Below, one piece after another: positions 60,057 through 64,000 of a DNA stretch of 64,000 nt. Each line of letters starts with the position of its first letter. Position 1 is the first letter of the stretch. This stretch comes from Schmidtea polychroa (taxonomy: Eukaryota), in contig CM097887.1 in the NCBI GenBank assembly GCA_044892525.1, positions 122,552,397 through 122,616,396 of the forward strand, written 5' to 3'. The position numbers were made by a program, and so were the translations under genes. A model generated the notes under the pieces. That model was not told the DNA's origin, did not search any database, and worked only from the letters and a program-made list of their open reading frames with translations.

Positions 60057-61680
60057 TTATGAAATATATTTTTGGTAGATTTCAAAGGAGACTGAATGAA
60101 GATCAATACAATAAAAGAAAGATAGCTTCAATTGAGAATGAAGATGAAAGATCATCGACAATATATGGAAATGTGATAGATCAATTCGATGACAACTACA
60201 CAAAAGAGCGAGCTTCTTCATGAGAGACATATGTTAAACAATTTTGATACTGGTATGTTCGCCTTTTGTGATTGTATGAATGGAATGACTGCGAATGATA
60301 ATTGAATAATGAATGTGAGTTCTAGTGTGGATAACCCTAACATTAATAATGAACTTCAGACAAATAAGTCGTAAAACTTGACAGAAACAGATAACAGGAC
60401 GCTGGAAATATTATACAGGTTCTTACAAAAGAAATTGAATGAATCAATGAAGATGCCGTCATGAGGAGGACTCAAGAGCTATTAGAAATATGTTACTTCT
60501 GCAAACATTTTGATCATTATTTATACTAGCGAAGATTTCCATTTCGAACAGACCTTTATCTTAACAACATAAAAAACTAATAACAGCACAATGCCAAATG
60601 TGGATTAATTATTTAAGTAGTTCCGATATAAAGATTGAATTCAGAAAGAGTTGACCATGCGAATGCAGATATGTTGTCAAGAAAAACATGCGGAACATGT
60701 GTTCAAGACATATTTGATAAAGNNNNNNNNNNNNNNNNNNNNNNNNNNNNNNNNNNNNNNNNNNNNNNNNNNNNNNNNNNNNNNNNNNNNNNNNNNNNNN
60801 NNNNNNNNNNNNNNNNNNNNNNNNNNNNNNNNNNNNNNNNNNNNNNNNNNNNNNNNNNNNNNNNNNNNNNNNNNNNNNNNNNNNNNNNNNNNNNNNNNNN
60901 NNNNNNNNNNNNNNNNTACTAAAATCAAAAAGACAAAATATCCTAAAAGAGACGCATGCGTTTTTCTGTCATGCAGAGATGCCGAAATTAATTAACTAAA
61001 TCCAGTGAAAATTTATCATGGTGGAGTTTAATAAAAGAACTGTATTTTATGCTAGAAATCGAAGACACTCATTTTAAAAACTAAATTGGAAACAAAAACA
61101 AACATAAATTTAAAACCTTTTTTGAAAAGATTTATATGGATATATCATATATGTAGATCAACGAAAGAAATATTCATTATAGGAAAATATTTATACAACA
61201 TTATCAATCATTTATGCAAATATATTTTTCTCTCGGCTATAGTGAAACAAGATGAAAATATAATCATTTCTTGTTAAATAAATAGATGTTGAGATTTGGA
61301 CCACCAAAAAACTTCGCATGAATGGTGGGAAATGTTTCGAGTCAAACGGTCATACAAGTGTTTTTTAAATTAGTAAAAATTAAAATAGTCTTCTCAAGTC
61401 CATGTTTTCCTAACATCAACAGGTTAATGAAAAACTGAATAGATACATTGCCAGAAGTTGACTACACGTTGAATGCTACAATTCAGAAAACGGTGGGAGT
61501 AAGCCCAATAGAAATTAACACAATAAATAAATAAAACACAAAGACGCAGAAGCAGCAAAGGATAAAAAAGCTAAAAACAGTTAGACACTTTGAAAAAGAA
61601 AATACGATGCTAATAAAACGCGAGATTTGAAATAACGACCAAGAAAGATATGAAGGACTGTATACGATAATAAGAAATAT
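60057..61680 (+). pseudogene. Decayed gypsy pol fragments
   Basis: DHANADMLSR (end of RNase H), MLRFGPPK (integrase core) and LPEVDYTLNATIQKTVGVSP (integrase C-terminal part), interrupted by stops and gaps. Confidence 0.65.
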
Positions 61681-64000
61681 AATGATAATCAGAAAAAGTT
61701 ATTTATATTTAAATTAATATTTCTAGGTTGAGATTTTAATTTTAACATTTTGATTTACAAGTTGAGGTTTATAAATTTTAAATTTATAATTATAAATTTA
61801 TAAATTTTAAATTTATTATTGATTTATGATTTTAAATATTTTAATTTTATGAATGCCTGATATAAATTTAAATATTTTCATTGTAATTTTAAAATTTAAG
61901 CACAGTATCAAAAATGAAGTATCGAAAAATTTGGTTGAAAATTTTCGGCACTGCCTTTTTCAAGTGATTTTGGATAAAAATCACTTGAAAAAGGCGGTGC
62001 CAAAAATTCGCGAATATTAAAAAACAACATCGATATCTTTACTAATTCATAGTCAAATACAATAATATTTTTATATTTATTATTGTTATTATTATTTTAA
62101 AATTTAATGGTTAATTAATCCATGTTAATACATAAGAAAAATGTCTAAAGGAAAAATAATTACTATTTAATCTCAATTTCTTGTTTTACTATTCATAATA
62201 TTTTTTCATTTCGTTAGTTGAAATGTTACAATTAAATCCATTGATTTATTATGTAAGGTTTGCATTTGGCCGACTCAAGTCAACTTCGACTGAAACATTT
62301 CTAGCAATTAATTCTTGAATAACTTACTTTTTCAATTAATTGAAATTCTATCCAATGGCTTCGTTAAATTTTGTAATCAATTTGTTTTAATTTTTGAAAT
62401 TATTATTGTTTAAAATTTTCTATAGATTTTTTTTATTAGATATATAAGAATTTTCATTAATATCTTTATTCTTTTCTCATCGATTATCAAATATATCATA
62501 CATTCCTTATTTTTTCAATGAGTAGGGACACAATAATAGGCCCCTAATGGGTTATGTAAGGTATTTATATAGGTTCTCTATATTATTTGCTATGGATGTG
62601 ACACAAAATTTTCAGGTACCCCACTGCCAATCATAATCAACCAATGATATATTACTCGTGCATGGTACTGATGAAAGCCAAATATGCTCGTGACTAATCT
62701 TCCATTAGAACTTGCATCACAGTGCACAGGTAGTTTAATTATGATACAATTTCTTTAAATTGTTGGCTAACCAAAATACTGTTAATTAATATTACTTCAA
62801 AACAAATATCGTGATTTTATTTTTTTATTTAAGATTAATTAAAAGATTTTATTGTAAATGAAGCAAGAAATAATTGCTAAATAACATGCAAATCCGTTAT
62901 AAAATATTTTCATTATCACCTACAACTTCCTAAGAATGACAAATTAAATCTTTTGATAGAGAATAATGAAATAGAAAGATTATTTGTCTACAATTTGTAT
63001 GTGCTTGGCCAAATTCTAGTCATGAATTTTGTCATCAAGTATGATTTAACTGGCTTCAACCAAGCATATATTAATTTCATATTTCTTTATATATAATTGA
63101 AAGAACGTGCCAAACAAATCGAAGCATCACAAATTATTTATTCACAACATTTTTGGTCTGTGCTCCGTATTAGAGATAACCTAAAATTTACAGACAAATT
63201 CATTCCCAGTAATAATGATGGCGAATTCATTGACTCAAGATGCAATAAACAGACAATGGGTTTGTGCTGGTCGGAACAATCATTATGGCACTTTGGGGAA
63301 TGGATATCATAGCTCATGGTAAAAATGATATAGCGAACTTAAAATAATCACTAAAAATTACAGATAAAAACGGTGCGCAAATTTCACGACCCCTCAGCTC
63401 ATCGATCGAGTTTTGCTACTTAAGACAAACAGTATGTTAAATTGAAAAAAACCTTCGTGACTACAGATAATATTATACCATTTCTAAATTGAATCTGCTG
63501 ATATACGCAAATAAAATATTAGTAATACTCATATGATATATTTTATGTAAGCTATTTGTAAATAAATTATGTATTTAATCTAGGATTGAATTTAATTATT
63601 CACAAATATATATTCACGAATCCATTTGTTTTTATATTTTTTAAAAATATTTTCAACGTGAAAGAAAGAGAGAAGTTGCTTGAATTTAGAAACGATCTTG
63701 AATATTAAAGCTAATTTCATGGAAAAGGTGCTCTCCGAGTTTTGGATTTCAATCCAACCACAATTTAATTTGGACTTAAAAGCCATCAAAACTTTACCAG
63801 AGTTTGGTTCATTATGTCTACGTGAGTTTGGATTTTCAACTTTAACTAAGTTAAAGTCTGTTAATATCTTCTTTGCATCGATCATTAAATTACAAGTAAA
63901 TTCATGATTTCAATGAAAATGTATTTTATTACACATTATTTAAACAAAGTTAAGAGAAGCCAAACTATGGAATTTTTCTTAACATGATCTTTTTACATAC

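Noticed and set aside
24558-60995. Long track ORFs made mostly of X (for example 27870-29096, 33193-33483, 59828-60223)
   Set aside because: Artefacts of translating through N gaps.
62960-63330. Possible gypsy protease remnant (LWGMDII) sharing a short segment with 59826-59870
   Set aside because: Too degraded to support a call.

Overview
AT-rich eukaryotic (metazoan) genomic DNA from a gapped draft assembly, with N-runs near 24.6-25.2, 28.0-29.0, 30.2-30.5, 33.3-33.5, 38.9-39.1, 47.7-47.8, 53.9-54.1, 59.9-60.05 and 60.7-60.9 kb. Introns of about 45-60 nt, the AT content and the giant retroelement suggest a planarian flatworm (Schmidtea/Dugesia-like); this is an inference. Positions 1-17236 are the 3' part of a giant Ty3/gypsy LTR retrotransposon that begins upstream of the window. 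Its polyprotein (PR-RT-RH-IN) is fused to two ankyrin blocks. It is followed by a same-strand array of intronless accessory ORFs: a type I membrane protein in the env position, three coiled-coil proteins, a full RING-Zn finger-coiled coil-MATH TRAF protein split by one frameshift, and a second type I membrane protein. A candidate 4.9 kb 3' LTR (12309-17236, TGTTGGG...CCCAACA) itself carries ORFs. The spacers between accessory ORFs share a pattern: UGUA(A/U)AUA motifs 14-20 nt after four of five stop codons, and an AG within 3 nt before each ATG. Host genes follow: intronless ataxin-10 (-), divergent multi-exon TRIM37 (+) and multi-exon ClC-7 (+). Introns and intergenic DNA hold an apparently intact pogo (DD35D) transposon, a related solo LTR, decayed gypsy and BEL/Pao relics, several MITEs, helitron-like elements and fold-back repeats. 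No rRNA, tRNA or CRISPR array was recognised.
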